Below, piece by piece: positions 1-12,984 of a stretch of DNA of 64,000 nt. The stretch is from Eledone cirrhosa (taxonomy: Eukaryota), in NCBI GenBank assembly GCA_964016885.1, contig OZ024764.1:8060001-8124000 (forward strand). The letters run 5' to 3'. Position 1 is the stretch's first letter. The number at the start of each line of letters is the position of its first letter. The notes beneath the pieces were generated by a model. That model was not told where the DNA came from, made no database searches, and was given only the letters and a program-made list of their open reading frames with translations. Position numbers and translations under genes: made by a program.

Positions 1-330
1 AGGGAGTTTGTTCCATGGAGGGTTTAAAGGATGCAGTGTCTCGACAGCTAACAACTGATGCAGGAAGTTTGTTCCATGGAGGTTTTGAAGGATGTAGGGT
101 CTCGACAGCTAACAACTGATGCAGGTAGTTTGTTCCATGGAGGTTTTAAAGGATGCAGTGTCTCGACAGCTAACAACTGATGTAGGTAGTTTGTTCCATG
201 GAGGTTTTAAAGGATGCAGTGTCTCGACAGCTAACAACTGATGCAGGGAGTTTGTTCCATGCTTCAGCAACTCTGAGCGGGGAAAAATGTTTCCGAAAAT
301 CATGACAACAACACTTTGCCGTGAGTCATA
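1..330 (-). repeat. 61-bp tandem repeat derived from a CR1/L2-like LINE ORF2 C-terminus
   Basis: Period 61 (positions 1, 62, 123, 184, 245); minus strand reads RVAEAWNKLPASVVSCRD..SFK. Confidence 0.65.
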
Positions 331-607
331 TCAATATTTTAATATAAGATATCAATAATCAATATTTTAAAATCAATAAATCAATATATACATGTTTATA
401 TACAGTTGTTATAGTGAATGAGAGTAACGAGTAAATATAACAGTGAAAAAATATAAATATAATGGATTGGAAACACATACACACACGTGTATATATATAT
501 ATATATATTGTAAAAATATTGATGTAATTCAATTCAAGAACTCAACGTGTATTTTCCACACAGGAGGGACAAAGTATTTTTAGAATAAGGAAATACAAAC
601 TTTAAGC

Positions 608-865
608 CAGTCATGGGCAACCTGCGGTCCACGAAGCTTTCTGAAAGGCTCGCCTAAGTCATCTAAGTGAAATCATTCTGATTTTTTTACCCCAACTTTT
701 CAATCGTAATTTATCTTTCTATCATTTTAACGATCGAGGAAAACGTAGTAATTCTGAAGAAACAAATCAAAACAACCTGAGTTACCTCCCCCTTTTTTTA
801 AAATGTGGGGCCCGAATGTAAATTAGCGCTTGTGGCCCATTCTCGAAAAAGGATGCCCATGCCTG
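608..865. mobile_element. hAT-like MITE
   Basis: Imperfect TIRs CAGTCATGGGCA..TGCCCATGCCTG; no clean 8-bp TSD. Confidence 0.5.
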
Positions 866-879
866 GTTTAGATGATAAA

Positions 880-1334
880 GTCCAGGTAGCTGCAGATAGG
901 CCGTACGTGTGGCAGCAAGACTCAGCGCCCTGCCATACCAGCCGAAAGACCCAAGCCTGGCTGTCAGAGAACTTCGTCGACCACACTTCACCCGACATCT
1001 GGCCTCCCAGCTCGCCTAACTGCAACCCCCTCGACTTCTTTGTGTAGGACGCAGTGGAACGAGACACCAACAGATCTAGCTGCAATACGAAAGACGATCT
1101 GAAGGCCAGGATCACAAGTGCCTTTAGGAGCCTAAGTCGGGAGACAGTGACGAAGGCCTGTAGCCGGTTCCGAGGCCGTCTTCAAAGCCAATGGCGGGTT
1201 TATCGAGTGAGATCGAAAGAACAAGCCATGAAGACAAACTGACCCAAGTTTGATAAATATATCTTAAAAAATAAAACTACTGTGTTACTTTTTCCTAGAC
1301 AGTAATCTTGTGAACAGATATCGTCTGCACCCTG
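880..1334 (+). mobile_element. Tc1/mariner DD37D (maT-type) transposon 3' remnant
   Basis: WQQDSAPCH...WPPSSPNCNPLD with 37 residues between the Asps; internal stop; ends GCACCCTG|TA. Confidence 0.85.
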
Positions 1335-1657
1335 TATATATATTAGAAAATGTGTGAAATCCTTGGTACAGTTAGGTATATTTAACATCATCATCATCGT
1401 TTAACGTCCGTGTTCCACGCTTGCATGGGTTTGGACGGGGGTAGTCCCACTTGAGGCAAGAGTGATTGTCTTGCTCGCATAGGACTGTCTGGCAGGTTTT
1501 CTACAGTTGGATGCCCTTCCTAACACCAACCACATTTACAGTGTGGGTCTGGGAGGTTTTTACCGTGTTGCCTATATATATATATATTCAAGTGGAACAA
1601 AACCGTCCAACCCATGCTAGCATGGAAGATGGACGTTAAACCATGATGATGATCATC

Positions 1658-1704
<47 letters not shown>

Positions 1705-1862
1705 TATATATACACACACACATATATGTATATATGTATACATATATATATATGTATATATATATATATGTATACAGATACATATATATATGCATACATT
1801 ATATATATATATGTATACATATATATATATATATATGTATACATATATATATATATATATGT

Positions 1863-1898
<36 letters not shown>

Positions 1899-2137
1899 AT
1901 ACACATATATATATATATATATATATGTATACATATATATATATATATATATATATATGTATACATATATATATATATATATATATATGTATACACATAT
2001 ATATATATATATATATATGTATACACATATATATATATATATATGTATACATATATATATATATATATATATATGTCCCAAGGCTCTGATACCATCAACA
2101 CTATAAACACACAGCTGGCATATCTAAGAACCGACTA

Positions 2138-2193
2138 ACTGCCTGATGAGGTCATAGCCATTCAATGGCTATCATCGAAATATATATAGAAGT
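2138..2193 (+). ncRNA. Minimal type I hammerhead ribozyme motif
   Basis: actgc-CTGATGA-stem II (atagccat/atggctat)-GAAA-tatata-TA-gaagt, then AATAAA. One stem I mismatch. Confidence 0.7.
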
Positions 2194-2236
2194 AAATAAA
2201 GGATTATGAGTTCATGCAATTGACTTATGTTTCGTC

Positions 2237-2267
<31 letters not shown>

Positions 2268-2383
2268 CTATACATGGACGTTAAATGATGATGATGATAT
2301 ATGTATGTATACATATATATATATATATATATATATGTATACGTATATATATATATTTATACGAATATATATATATGTATACG

Positions 2384-2414
<31 letters not shown>

Positions 2415-2554
2415 ATATGTATATTATTCAGGTAAAGGAACATTGGTTGATCAATTAATCAACCAACTGTAGTGTAATCAGGTATAAGCACTCTACGACA
2501 TGAATCTCTTAAGGTATACATAAAACCGTCTCTCTTCTTTATATTACATATATG

Positions 2555-2627
<73 letters not shown>

Positions 2628-2699
2628 GCACACACATATATATATGTATACACAAGTGCACACACATTTATATATACAACCATACATACGTATGTGTCA

Positions 2700-3245
2700 T
2701 GTTACACTCAATGCCACACCACACTCCACTCCAGTTAACCACTTCACTCAATGCCGCACCGCACTCCACTCCAGTTAACCACTTCACTCAATGCCGCACC
2801 GCACTCCACTCCAGTTAACCACTTCACTCAATGCCGCACTGCACTCCACTCCAGTTAACCACTTCACTCAATGCAGCACCGCACTCCACTCCAGTTAACC
2901 ACTTCACTCAATGCCGCACTCCACTCCAGTTAACCATTTCACTCAATGCCGCACCACACTCCACTCCAGTTAACCACTTCACTCAATGCCGCACCGCACT
3001 CCACTCCAGTTAACCGCATCGCTCAATGCCGCACTGCACTCCACACCAGTTAACCGCATTGCTCAATGCCGCACCGCACTCCACTCCAGTTAACCGCATC
3101 GCTCAATGCCGCACTGCACTCCACACCAGTTAACCGCATCACTCAATGCCGCACCGCACTCCACTTTATATCACACCATGCTCTATGTCATGTTACACTC
3201 CACTCAAGTCAACCACTCCACTCCAGTCAACCACTTCACTCGGTG
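2700..3245. repeat. 40-bp minisatellite in the 3' UTR region of the membrane-protein gene
   Basis: Unit acttcactcaatgccgcaccgcactccactccagttaacc. Confidence 0.9.
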
Positions 3246-3450
3246 TCATGCCACACCCCTATAGTCCGAGCAACGTGGTCCAACTGGTGGGGCGCCCATG
3301 TCTCGTTGACACTGAGCACGCGCCTCGCTGAGATCAAACACGACACATCTCGGTGAGCCCTGAGGAATTTCAAGTTCTGTCGATACAAGCTGTTTCCTCC
3401 CTCTAGCTGGTCAGAGTTCTTGTCTCCTGTCACCACCAGGAACACATCAG
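3236..3450 (-). CDS. Membrane protein terminal exon 5 (ADVFLVVTGDKNS...WHDTE-stop)
   Basis: ttttacag acceptor in phase 1, TGA stop. Total CDS is 1791 nt, 596 aa. Confidence 0.85.
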
Positions 3451-3487
3451 CTGTAAAACACAAACAATATATATATCAATATCAATT

Positions 3488-4200
3488 ATCATCATCATCA
3501 TTTAATGTCCCTCTTCCACGCTAGCATGGGTAGGACGGGCTGTCCCTTTGTAAGGGATCAGGTTAGGGGACTGTGATTTGCTCATACAGGAGTGATTTTG
3601 GTTTGGTTTCTACGGCTGGACGTCCTTCCTAACGCCAACCATTTTTCAGTGAGTACTGGGTACTTTTTGTCGTGACACCTACATGACCACTTTGCAGTGT
3701 GGACTGGATGTTGTTTGTTGTGACACCTACATGACCACTTTACAGTGTGTACTGGGTGCTTTTTGATGTGACACCTACAGGACTACTTTACAGTGTGTAC
3801 TGGGTGCTTTTTGTCGTGACACCTACATGACTACTTTACAGTGTGGACTGGATGTTTTTTGTTGTGACACCTACATGACCACTTTACAGTGTGTACTGGG
3901 TGCTTTTTGTTGTGACACCTACACGACTACTTTACAGTGTGTACTGGGTGCTTTTTGTCGTGACACCTACATGACTACTTTACAGTGTGGACTGGATGTT
4001 TTTTGTTGTGACACCTACACGACTACTTTACAGTGTGGACTGGGTGTTTTTTGTTGTGACACCTACATGACCACTTTACAGTGTGGACTGGGTGTTTTTT
4101 GTTGTGACACCTACATGACCACTTTACAGTGTGGAGTGGGGGGCATACTGTGTGTGTACTTTAGCTTCGGCTTATGCCCGTGGGAAGTTGGGTCTTCTGT
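3488..4200 (-). mobile_element. RTE-associated 3'-UTR/SINE-like element with an internal 48-bp tandem array
   Basis: (CAT)n tail and ggatgcccttcctaac-type motif; related arrays at about 11760-12980, 31720-32700, 56480-56770 and 62760-63460. Confidence 0.7.
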
Positions 4201-5203
4201 TATGTGAGGTAAAGCCTTTACTGTGAAAATACAATACTATATATAGAGTAATGTAAATGTTATGTGAGATATTATGTGAGGTAAAACCTTTACTGTGAAA
4301 ATACAATAGTATATATAGAGTAATGTAAATGTTATGTGAGATATTATGTGAGGTAAAGCCTTTACTGTGACAATACAATAGTATATATAGAGTAATGTAA
4401 ATGTTATGTGAGATATTATGTGAGGTAAAGCCTTTACTGTGACAATACAATAGTATATATAGAGTAATGTAAATGTTATGTGAGATATTATGTGAGGTAA
4501 AGCCTTTACTGTGAAAATACAATAGTATATATAGAGTAATGTAAATGTTATGTGAGATATTATGTGAGGTAAAACCTTTAATGTGACAATACAATAGTAT
4601 ATATAGAGTAATGTAAATGTTATGTGAGATATTATGTGAGGTAAAGCCTTTACTGTGAAAATACAATAGTATATATAGAGTAATGTAAATGTTATGTGAG
4701 ATATTATGTGAGGTAAAACCTTTACTGTGACAATACAATAGTATATATAGAGTAATGTAAATGTTATGTGAGATATTATGTAAGGTAAAGCCTTTACTGT
4801 GAAAATACAATAGTATATATAGAGTAATGTAAATGTTATGTGAGATATTACGTGAGGTAAAGCCTTTACTGTGACAATACAATAGTATATATAGAGTAAT
4901 GTAAATGTTATGTGAGATATTATGTGAGGTAAAGCCTTTACTGTGAAAATACAATAGTATATATAGAGTAATGTAAATGTTATGTGAGATATTATGTGAG
5001 GTAAAGCCTTTACTGTGAAAATACAATAGTATATATAGAGTAATGTAAATGTTATGTGAGATATTATGTGAGGTAAAACCTTTAATGTGACAATACAATA
5101 GTATATATAGAGTAATGTAAATGGTATGTGAGATATTATGTGAGGTAAAGCATTTACTGTGACAATACAATAGTATATATAGAGTAATGTAAATGCTAAA
5201 GGG
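4200..5203 (-). repeat. 60-bp satellite (about 16 units), inverted relative to 8824-10367
   Basis: Exact 60-bp period; ends in CTAAAGGG. Confidence 0.95.
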
Positions 5204-5259
5204 TTAGGAACAACAACAAACCTTGTTATATTGTTGCTAAAGAAATCTAAAAGTCTCAC

Positions 5260-5560
5260 CTCCCATACGCTGTACTCCATTCAACAAGGTGATCTTGAGG
5301 TTATCAGTACCCTTAATAGGGTCTACCCCGTTCCTTTGCTTTAGGTCCACAAACAAGAAGTAGGTCTTTGCTCTGGGTAAGGACAGGATGTCACTGTGCT
5401 GTGACACGTGGCAGTGCTCCACCCTCAACTCGGGCACGCTCTGTTGCAGGGTTGCTGTCAGGGTCTCGTGGAGTCGATATCGTGTGTCGAAGTACAGGGA
5501 ACACACCATATCATCCAGGTCGCTCTGCCGGATTAATTCTAAAACATTTTCCGGAGGATT
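5260..5560 (-). CDS. Membrane protein exon 4 (NPPENVLEL...YFLFVDL...VQRMG)
   Basis: Polypyrimidine tract plus tag acceptor, GAG|gtgag donor; phase 0 to 1; open frame. Confidence 0.85.
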
Positions 5561-5952
5561 CTAATAAGGAAACACAAAAAAAAAAAAAAAAAATAAATGA
5601 AGGATGTCTAGATAAGTATATTTCCTTATCATCACCATCATCATCATCGACATCAAAATCATCATTGTCATCACCATGACAATCACTATCATCATCATCA
5701 TCATAATCATCATTATTGTCATCACCATCATCATCCCCTTTCATAACCATCATCATCATCATCATTTAAATCGGCCATATCGGGCCAGAATTCTATTATC
5801 TCTTTCTGTTCAAACCAGCTGTAGCTAGTCACTCATACTGATGTTAAGGTATTGTTCCCAAAATAAGTAATATCAAAATCTCATAGATTTGATATTATTT
5901 GTGGTAGAGCCTTAACCATGAAAATACAATAGTATATATATATATAGAGTAA

Positions 5953-6950
5953 TCATCATCATCATTTTATGTCCGCTTTTCCCTGCTTGCAAGGGTGGGA
6001 CGGGTCCTATTCAGCACAGCATCTCTCCACTTGTCACGGTCCTTCATCAGTCTCCTCCGTGAGCTTCAGCAATCTGAAGTCAGCTCTCACCACCTCCGCC
6101 CATCTTTTTTGTGGCCTTCCTCTACTGCGTCTTCCTTCCATCGGGACTTCCTGGCACTTCTTTACCCAGCGGTCATCCTCCATGTACATCACATGTCCAT
6201 ACCATCTCAGTCTTCTCTCCCACACACCACAACTTATCCCTCTCATACACAGTTTCTCTCTCAACACATCACATGTCCATACCATCTCAGTCTTCTCTCC
6301 CACACACCACAACTTATCCCTCTTATACACAGTTTCTCTCTCAACACATCACATGTCCATACCATCTCAGTCTTCTCTCCCACACACTACAACTTATCCC
6401 TCTCATACACAGTTTCTCTCTCAACACATCACATGTCCATACCATCTCAGTCTTCTCTCCCGCACACCACAACTTATCCCTCTTATACCCAGTTTCTCTC
6501 TCAACACATCACATGTCCATACCATCTCAGTCTTCTCTCCCACACACCACAACTTATCCCTCTTATACACAGTTTCTCTCTCAACACATCACATGTCCAT
6601 ACCATCTCAGTCTTCTCTCCCACACACCACAACTTATCCCTCTTATACACAGTTTCTCTCTCAACACATCACATGTCCATACCATCTCAGTCTTCTCTCC
6701 CACACACCACAACTTATCCCTCTTATACACAGTCTCTCTCTCAACTCAGCGATGCTGGGTCGTTCACGCACATTGACATTGCACCTCCATCGGAGCATGC
6801 TTGCCTCATTTCTCTCCAGCCCTTGCATATCCTTCGCAGTTGCTGCCCATGTCTCGCTGCCATGCAGCATTACGCATCTCACACAGGCATCATATAACCA
6901 GCCTTTCGTTCGTAGGGAGAAACCATTCTTTCTCTGCAGAGGAATCAGCT
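5953..6950 (-). mobile_element. RTE-clade LINE 3' fragment with internal 80-bp tandem amplification
   Basis: MLHGSETW, RLRWYGHV and RGRP..W motifs; (GAT)n tail. Confidence 0.9.
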
Positions 6951-7059
6951 CCCTATATGTATATGTATATAATTGTTTCTAGTTTAGGCACAAGGCCAGC
7001 AATTACCCAGTGCATTACTGGTACTTTATGCACTGGGTAATTGCTGGCCTTATAATGAC

Positions 7060-7402
7060 ATCATTTCATCATCATTTCATTTTACGTCCGCTTTTCCCTG
7101 CTTGCAAGGGTGGGACGGGAACTGATTCTGGCTTGATTTCTACAGCTGGATGCCCTCCTTAACACCAACCTCATTTACAGTGAGTGATGGGTGCTTTTTT
7201 GCCGTGGCACCTCCACGACCATCTTGCAGTGGAATGATAGGGACCCCAGTCCCTATCATCTCATTTCTACAGCTGAGTAAACTGGAGCAATGTGAAATAA
7301 AGTGTCTTGCTCAAGGAAACAACACATCACCCGGTCTGAGAATTGAACTCACAACCTTTCGATTGCAAGGCCAATGCTCTAACCACTAAGCCATGTGCCT
7401 CC
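7060..7402 (-). mobile_element. tRNA-derived SINE, family 1 (CORE/V-like middle, RTE-like tail); other copies at about 21388-21734(-), 39058-39396(-), 56363-56947(-), 59637-59770(-) and 59787-59890(+)
   Basis: A box TGGCTTAGTGG, B box GTTCAA, central CCTTGAGCAAGACACTT; tail shared with the RTE copies. Confidence 0.85.
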
Positions 7403-7651
7403 ATGTGACACCCTCTAGTATTGCCTGGTTAACAATACGCGAGGTTATGGTGTCACCTATCGACCCAGATACCTTCAGCATCTCGGCAGCTATACCTGAT
7501 GGACCGGTTGCCTTCCCTGTCTTCATATCTTTGATTGCTTTACTTACTACGCGACTGCTGACTTGTACTGCTGGTCCCTCTATAGAGTCCACTTGGGGTA
7601 GGGTCTCTTTTCCCATGCATTCTCCTCACGGTGATGATGATGATGATGATG

Positions 7652-7686
<35 letters not shown>

Positions 7687-8511
7687 TATATATATACACA
7701 TATATATATACATATATATGTATGTGTATATATATTATATATATGTGTGTGTGTGTATATATATGTATGTATATATATATGTGTGTGTGTATGTGTATAT
7801 ATATGTGTGTGTATATGTATGTATGTATATATATATGTGTATGTGTATATGTATGTATATATATATATATGTGTGTATGTGTATATATATATATGTGTGT
7901 ATATGTATGCATGTATATGTGTATGTGTATATGTATGTATGTGTGTGTGTATGTATGTATATATGTGTGTGTGTATGTGTATATATATATATATATATAT
8001 ATGTGTATATGTATGTATGTATATATATATATGTGTATATGTATGTATATATATATATGTGTATATGTATGTATATATATGTGTGTGTATATGTATGTAT
8101 ATATATGTGTGTGTGTATGTGTATATATATATATGTGTGTGTGTATATGTATGTATGTATATATATATGTGTATGTGTATATGTATGTATATATATATAT
8201 ATATGTGTGTATGTGTATATATAGATATGTGTGTATATGTATGTATATGTGTGTGTGTATGTATATATGTGTGTGTGTATGTATGTATATATATATATGC
8301 GTGTGTGTATATGTATATATATATATATATGCGTGTGTGTGTGTATGTATGTGTATATATATGTGTGTGTGTGTGTGTGTATGTATGTATATATATATGT
8401 GTGTGTATATGTATGTATGTATATATATATATGTGTGTGTCTCAATGTTAACAGTGCAGATTGAATATCAAAAGAAATGAAATTTAGGGGTTTTAGCAGT
8501 CAGACACTTAC

Positions 8512-8669
8512 CTGGCTTGGAGTATTGGATCCCTGGAAAAATCTGAAGGGGTTTCTTATGAAAGTCCTTGGAGTATCATTCTGTGAGGAACGGCAACAGC
8601 CCCTCATACATAGCACCAAGAACACAACTTCTACAGGTATCAGGAGTAACAACAGTGAGTATATGGTGT
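8512..8669 (-). CDS. Membrane protein exon 3 (TM helix IYSLLLLLIPVEVVFLVLCM followed by RGCCR)
   Basis: ttacag acceptor, CAG|gtaagt donor; phase 1 to 0. Confidence 0.85.
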
Positions 8670-8823
8670 CTGTAATAGATATTAATTCTCTCATTACCAT
8701 ATATCTAACCCTAGCCATTTTGTTAGTATATTTATAACAAAAGATTTTTGAACCCTTTTATTACCATAATAACAATGAAAAGAATTCAACCCTTTCGCTA
8801 TCATAATCATCATCATCGTTTAA

Positions 8824-10367
8824 CCCTTTAGCATTTACATCACTCTATATATACTATTGTATTGTCACAGTAAAGGCTTTACCTCACATAATATCTCACA
8901 TAGCATTTACATTACTCTAGATATACTGTTGTATTTTCACAGTAAAGGCTTTACCTCACATAATATCTCACATAGCATTTACATTACTCTATATATACTA
9001 TTGTATTTTCACAGTAAAGGCTTTACCTCACATAATATCTCACATAACATTTACATTACTCTATATATACTATTGTATTTTCACACTAAAGGCTTTACCT
9101 CACATAATATCTCACATAACATTTACATTACTCTATATATACTATTGTATTTTCACAGTAAAGGCTTTACCTCACATAATATCTCACATAACATTTACAT
9201 TACTCTATATATACTATTGTATTTTCACACTAAAGGCTTTACCTCACATAATATCTCACATAACATTTACATTACTCTATATACACTATTGTATTTTCAC
9301 AGTAAAGGCTTTACCTCACATAATATCTCACATAACATTTACATTACTCTATATATACTATTGTATTTTCACAGTAAAGGCTTTACCTCACATAATATCT
9401 CACATAACATTTACATTACTCTATATATACTATTGTATTGTCACAGTCAAGGCTTTACCTCACATAATATCTCACATAACATTTACATTACTCTATATAT
9501 ACTATTGTATTTTCACACTAAAGGCTTTACCTCACATAATATCTCACATAACATTTACATTACTCTATATATACTATTGTATTTTCACAGTAAAGGCTTT
9601 ACCTCACATAATATCTCACATAACATTTACATTACTCTATATATACTATTGTATTTTCACACTAAAGGCTTTACCTCACATAATATCTCACATAACATTT
9701 ACATTACTCTATATACACTATTGTATTTTCACAGTAAAGGCTTTACCTCACATAATATCTCACATAACATTTACATTACTCTATATATACTATTGTATTT
9801 TCACAGTAAAGGCTTTACCTCACATAATATCTCACATAACATTTACATTACTCTATATATACTATTGTATTTTTACACTAAAGGCTTTACCTCACATAAT
9901 ATCTCACATAACATTTACATTACTCTATATATACTATTGTATTTTCACAGTAAAGGCTTTACCTCACATAATATCTCACATAACATTTACATTACTCTAT
10001 ATATACTATTGTATTTTCACAGTAAAGGCTTTACCTCACATAATATCTCACATAACATTTACATTACTCTATATATACTATTATATTTTCACAGTAAAGG
10101 CTTTACCTCACATAATATCTCACATAACATTTACATTACTCTATATATACTATTGTATTTTCACAGTAAAGGCTTTATCTCACATAATATCTCACATAAC
10201 ATTTACATTACTCTATATATACTATTGTATTTTCACAGTAAAGGCTTTACCTCACATAATATCTCACATAACATTTACATTACTCTATATATACTATTGT
10301 ATTTTCACAGTAAAGGCTTTACCTCACATAACATTTACATTACTCTATATAACATATAACTAAAGGG
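8824..10367 (+). mobile_element. piggyBac-like MITE filled with about 25 units of a 60-bp satellite
   Basis: TTAA|CCCTTTAG ... CTAAAGGG|TTAA termini. Confidence 0.75.
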
Positions 10368-10555
10368 TTAAAATATTTTTAATGAAAGAGAGTGTTGGTG
10401 TTTGGAACATAACTTAACAAAGGTTCTTACATAAAATTATGATGGAAGGTTTTTAGATAAATATAAACACTTTAACCCTTTCATTAACATATTTCTAATG
10501 AAAGACACTGTTGGTGTTTGGAACATAACTTAACAAAGGTTCTTAAAACACTCAC

Positions 10556-11661
10556 CAGTATGTAGCAATGTAGAGATTTCGGTATTGGTAACCATGGGTT
10601 GATGACTCTGCAACATGTCGTAGAGGTCAAGAATTCGTTTCTGGGAGTTGGACAGGGTTTTCAGAGAAGATTTCAGCGTCTGCGACGAGTTCTTCTGCAG
10701 TCGCAGGCTTTTCTGCAAGAATGCACGACTCAACCTCACATTTTCCTGCAGCCTCTTCATCTCGTTGCGAGTCGATGACTTCGTCGTGCGTAATCTCCGG
10801 ATATCCGACTCTTGCCTTGCGAGGTTCTCCGCGGTGTAATGTAACACGTTGTGTAAAACCTCCATATTGCTTCTCACAGCAAAGAGGCCGTTCTCATATA
10901 TCTCAAGTCTTGCAGCCAATGCATTTATCATGTCATTGCTCTGTACCTGTAATTTAACCAGGGTGTCAATCTTGTCTTCAAGCTCGGCAATTTTATTTTT
11001 TGTACGACCGAACGAGGAGTAGTCGACACTGTCGTCCGTTGATGGCGAAGAATTTGATGACCTTTTCCGGTTTTTCTTCTTCCTTTTCTTTTTGTATTTT
11101 TTCTTGAAAATGGTGGAAGAAGCAAGGGATCGGGCAGGTACAATCGTCAACGCAGATGATGGCATGTGTTGTTTGGAAGAAAATGAAACAAAAGGGAAGA
11201 CCGCGGAAGAGTTTTTAAAAGAAATGGAAAAATTCAAGGGATATAAATGCTTGGAAGACATACAATGGTGGTCGGAGAACGACAGAGTCTGAAGCTCCAG
11301 TTTGGACTGGTTAAATAAATTTGATGACAAGATGGAACCAAATGAGGTGACATTACTGAAAAAACATTGCCTTCTCTTCGAATTTTTTCGTCTCTTTGCC
11401 GAGGTATTAATAGAAGTAGTAGCAGTAGTAGTAGCTGCGATTGATCTTGGAGTGTGGCGCCTCTTTTCACTCTGCAGCAAATTCAGCTGCAGATTGTAAA
11501 TGCAACTCTCTAAGCTTTCCAAGTCGTTGTTGTCATTGTTGTTGTTGTCGATACCGCGGCAGGATTTTGAAATGGCGTTCCGAAATACCATCCATTCTTT
11601 CATTTTCGGACTGTGGTACCAGTAACTGGAGAGGAAGACAAACATCCACGCTGCTACGGAA
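10556..11661 (-). CDS. Membrane protein exon 2 (Ser/Thr-rich region, polybasic KKKYKKKRKKKNRKR, long predicted coiled coil)
   Basis: 1106-nt open frame in non-repetitive DNA; ttacag acceptor, G|gtgag donor. Confidence 0.85.
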
Positions 11662-12984
11662 CTGTAACAACAACAACAACAACAGTGTCAACATTATTAC
11701 AACAAAAACATCATCTTTGATAATAGGTCTGCTGGATCATGCCCGACCTAGGGCTAAACAATAATGTAAAGTGGTCGATTTGGTGACATGACAAATAGCA
11801 CCCAGCCCACACTGTACAGTGGTTGTGTAGGTGTCATGACAAAAAGCACCCAGGCCACACTGTAAAGTGGTCATGTTCATGCAGGTGTCACAACAAAAAA
11901 CACCCAGTACACACTGTAAAGTGGTCATGCTGGTGTCACGGTAAAAAGTACCCAGTACACACTGTATAGTGGTCATGTAGGTGTCACAACAAAAAACACC
12001 CAGTCCACACTGTAAAGTGGTCATTTTAGTGTCATGACAAAAAGTACCCAGTCCACACTGTAAAGTGGTCATTTTGGTGTCACAACAAAAAACACCCAGT
12101 CCACACTGTAAAGTGGTCATGTAGGTGTCACAGTAAAAAGTACCCAGGCCACACTGTAAAGTGGTCATGTAGGTGTCGCAACAAAAAACACCCAGTCCAC
12201 ACTGTAAAGTGGTCATTTTAGTGTCATGACAAAAAGTACCCAGTCCACACTGTAAAGTGGTCATGTAGGTGTCACAACAAAAAACACCCAGTCCACACTG
12301 TAAAGTGGTCATGTAGGTGTCACAGTAAAAAGTACCCAGGCCACACTGTAAAGTGGTCATGTAGGTGTCACAGTAAAAAGTACCCAGGCCACACTGTAAA
12401 GTGGTCATGTAGGTGTCACAACAAAAAGTACCCAGGCCACACTGTAAAGTGGTCATGTAGGTGTCACAGTAAAAAGTACCCAGGCCACACTGTAAAGTGG
12501 TCATGTAGGTGTCACAGTAAAAAGTACCCAGGCCACACTGTAAAGTGGTCATGTAGGTGTCACAGTAAAAAGTACCCAGGCCACACTGTAAAGTGGTCAT
12601 GTAGGTGTCACAGTAAAAAGTACCCAGGCCACACTGTAAAGTGGTCATGTAGGTGACACGGTAAAAAGCACTCTCTCCACACTAAAGTAGTCATGTTGAT
12701 GACATGGCGAAAAATACACAGTCCACATGTAAAGTGGTCATGTAGGTGACAAGAAGCACCCAGTTCACACTAAAGGGATCGTGTTGGAGATATGACAAAA
12801 AGTACCCAGTCCACACTAGATCGTTTTGGAGACATGACAAAAAGGACCCAGTCCATACTGTAAATGTGGTTGGCGTTAAGGACATCTTGTATGAGCAAGA
12901 CATGGTCATCAGATCTGACTAGTCTCACAACAGGACAACTCGTCTAACCCACGCCAGCGTTGAAAAATGGACGTTAAGCTTCAT

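Noticed and set aside
8857-10359. 500-aa repetitive ORF and CRISPR-like periodicity
   Set aside because: Pure 60-bp tandem satellite with no unique spacers or cas genes, in a eukaryotic intron.
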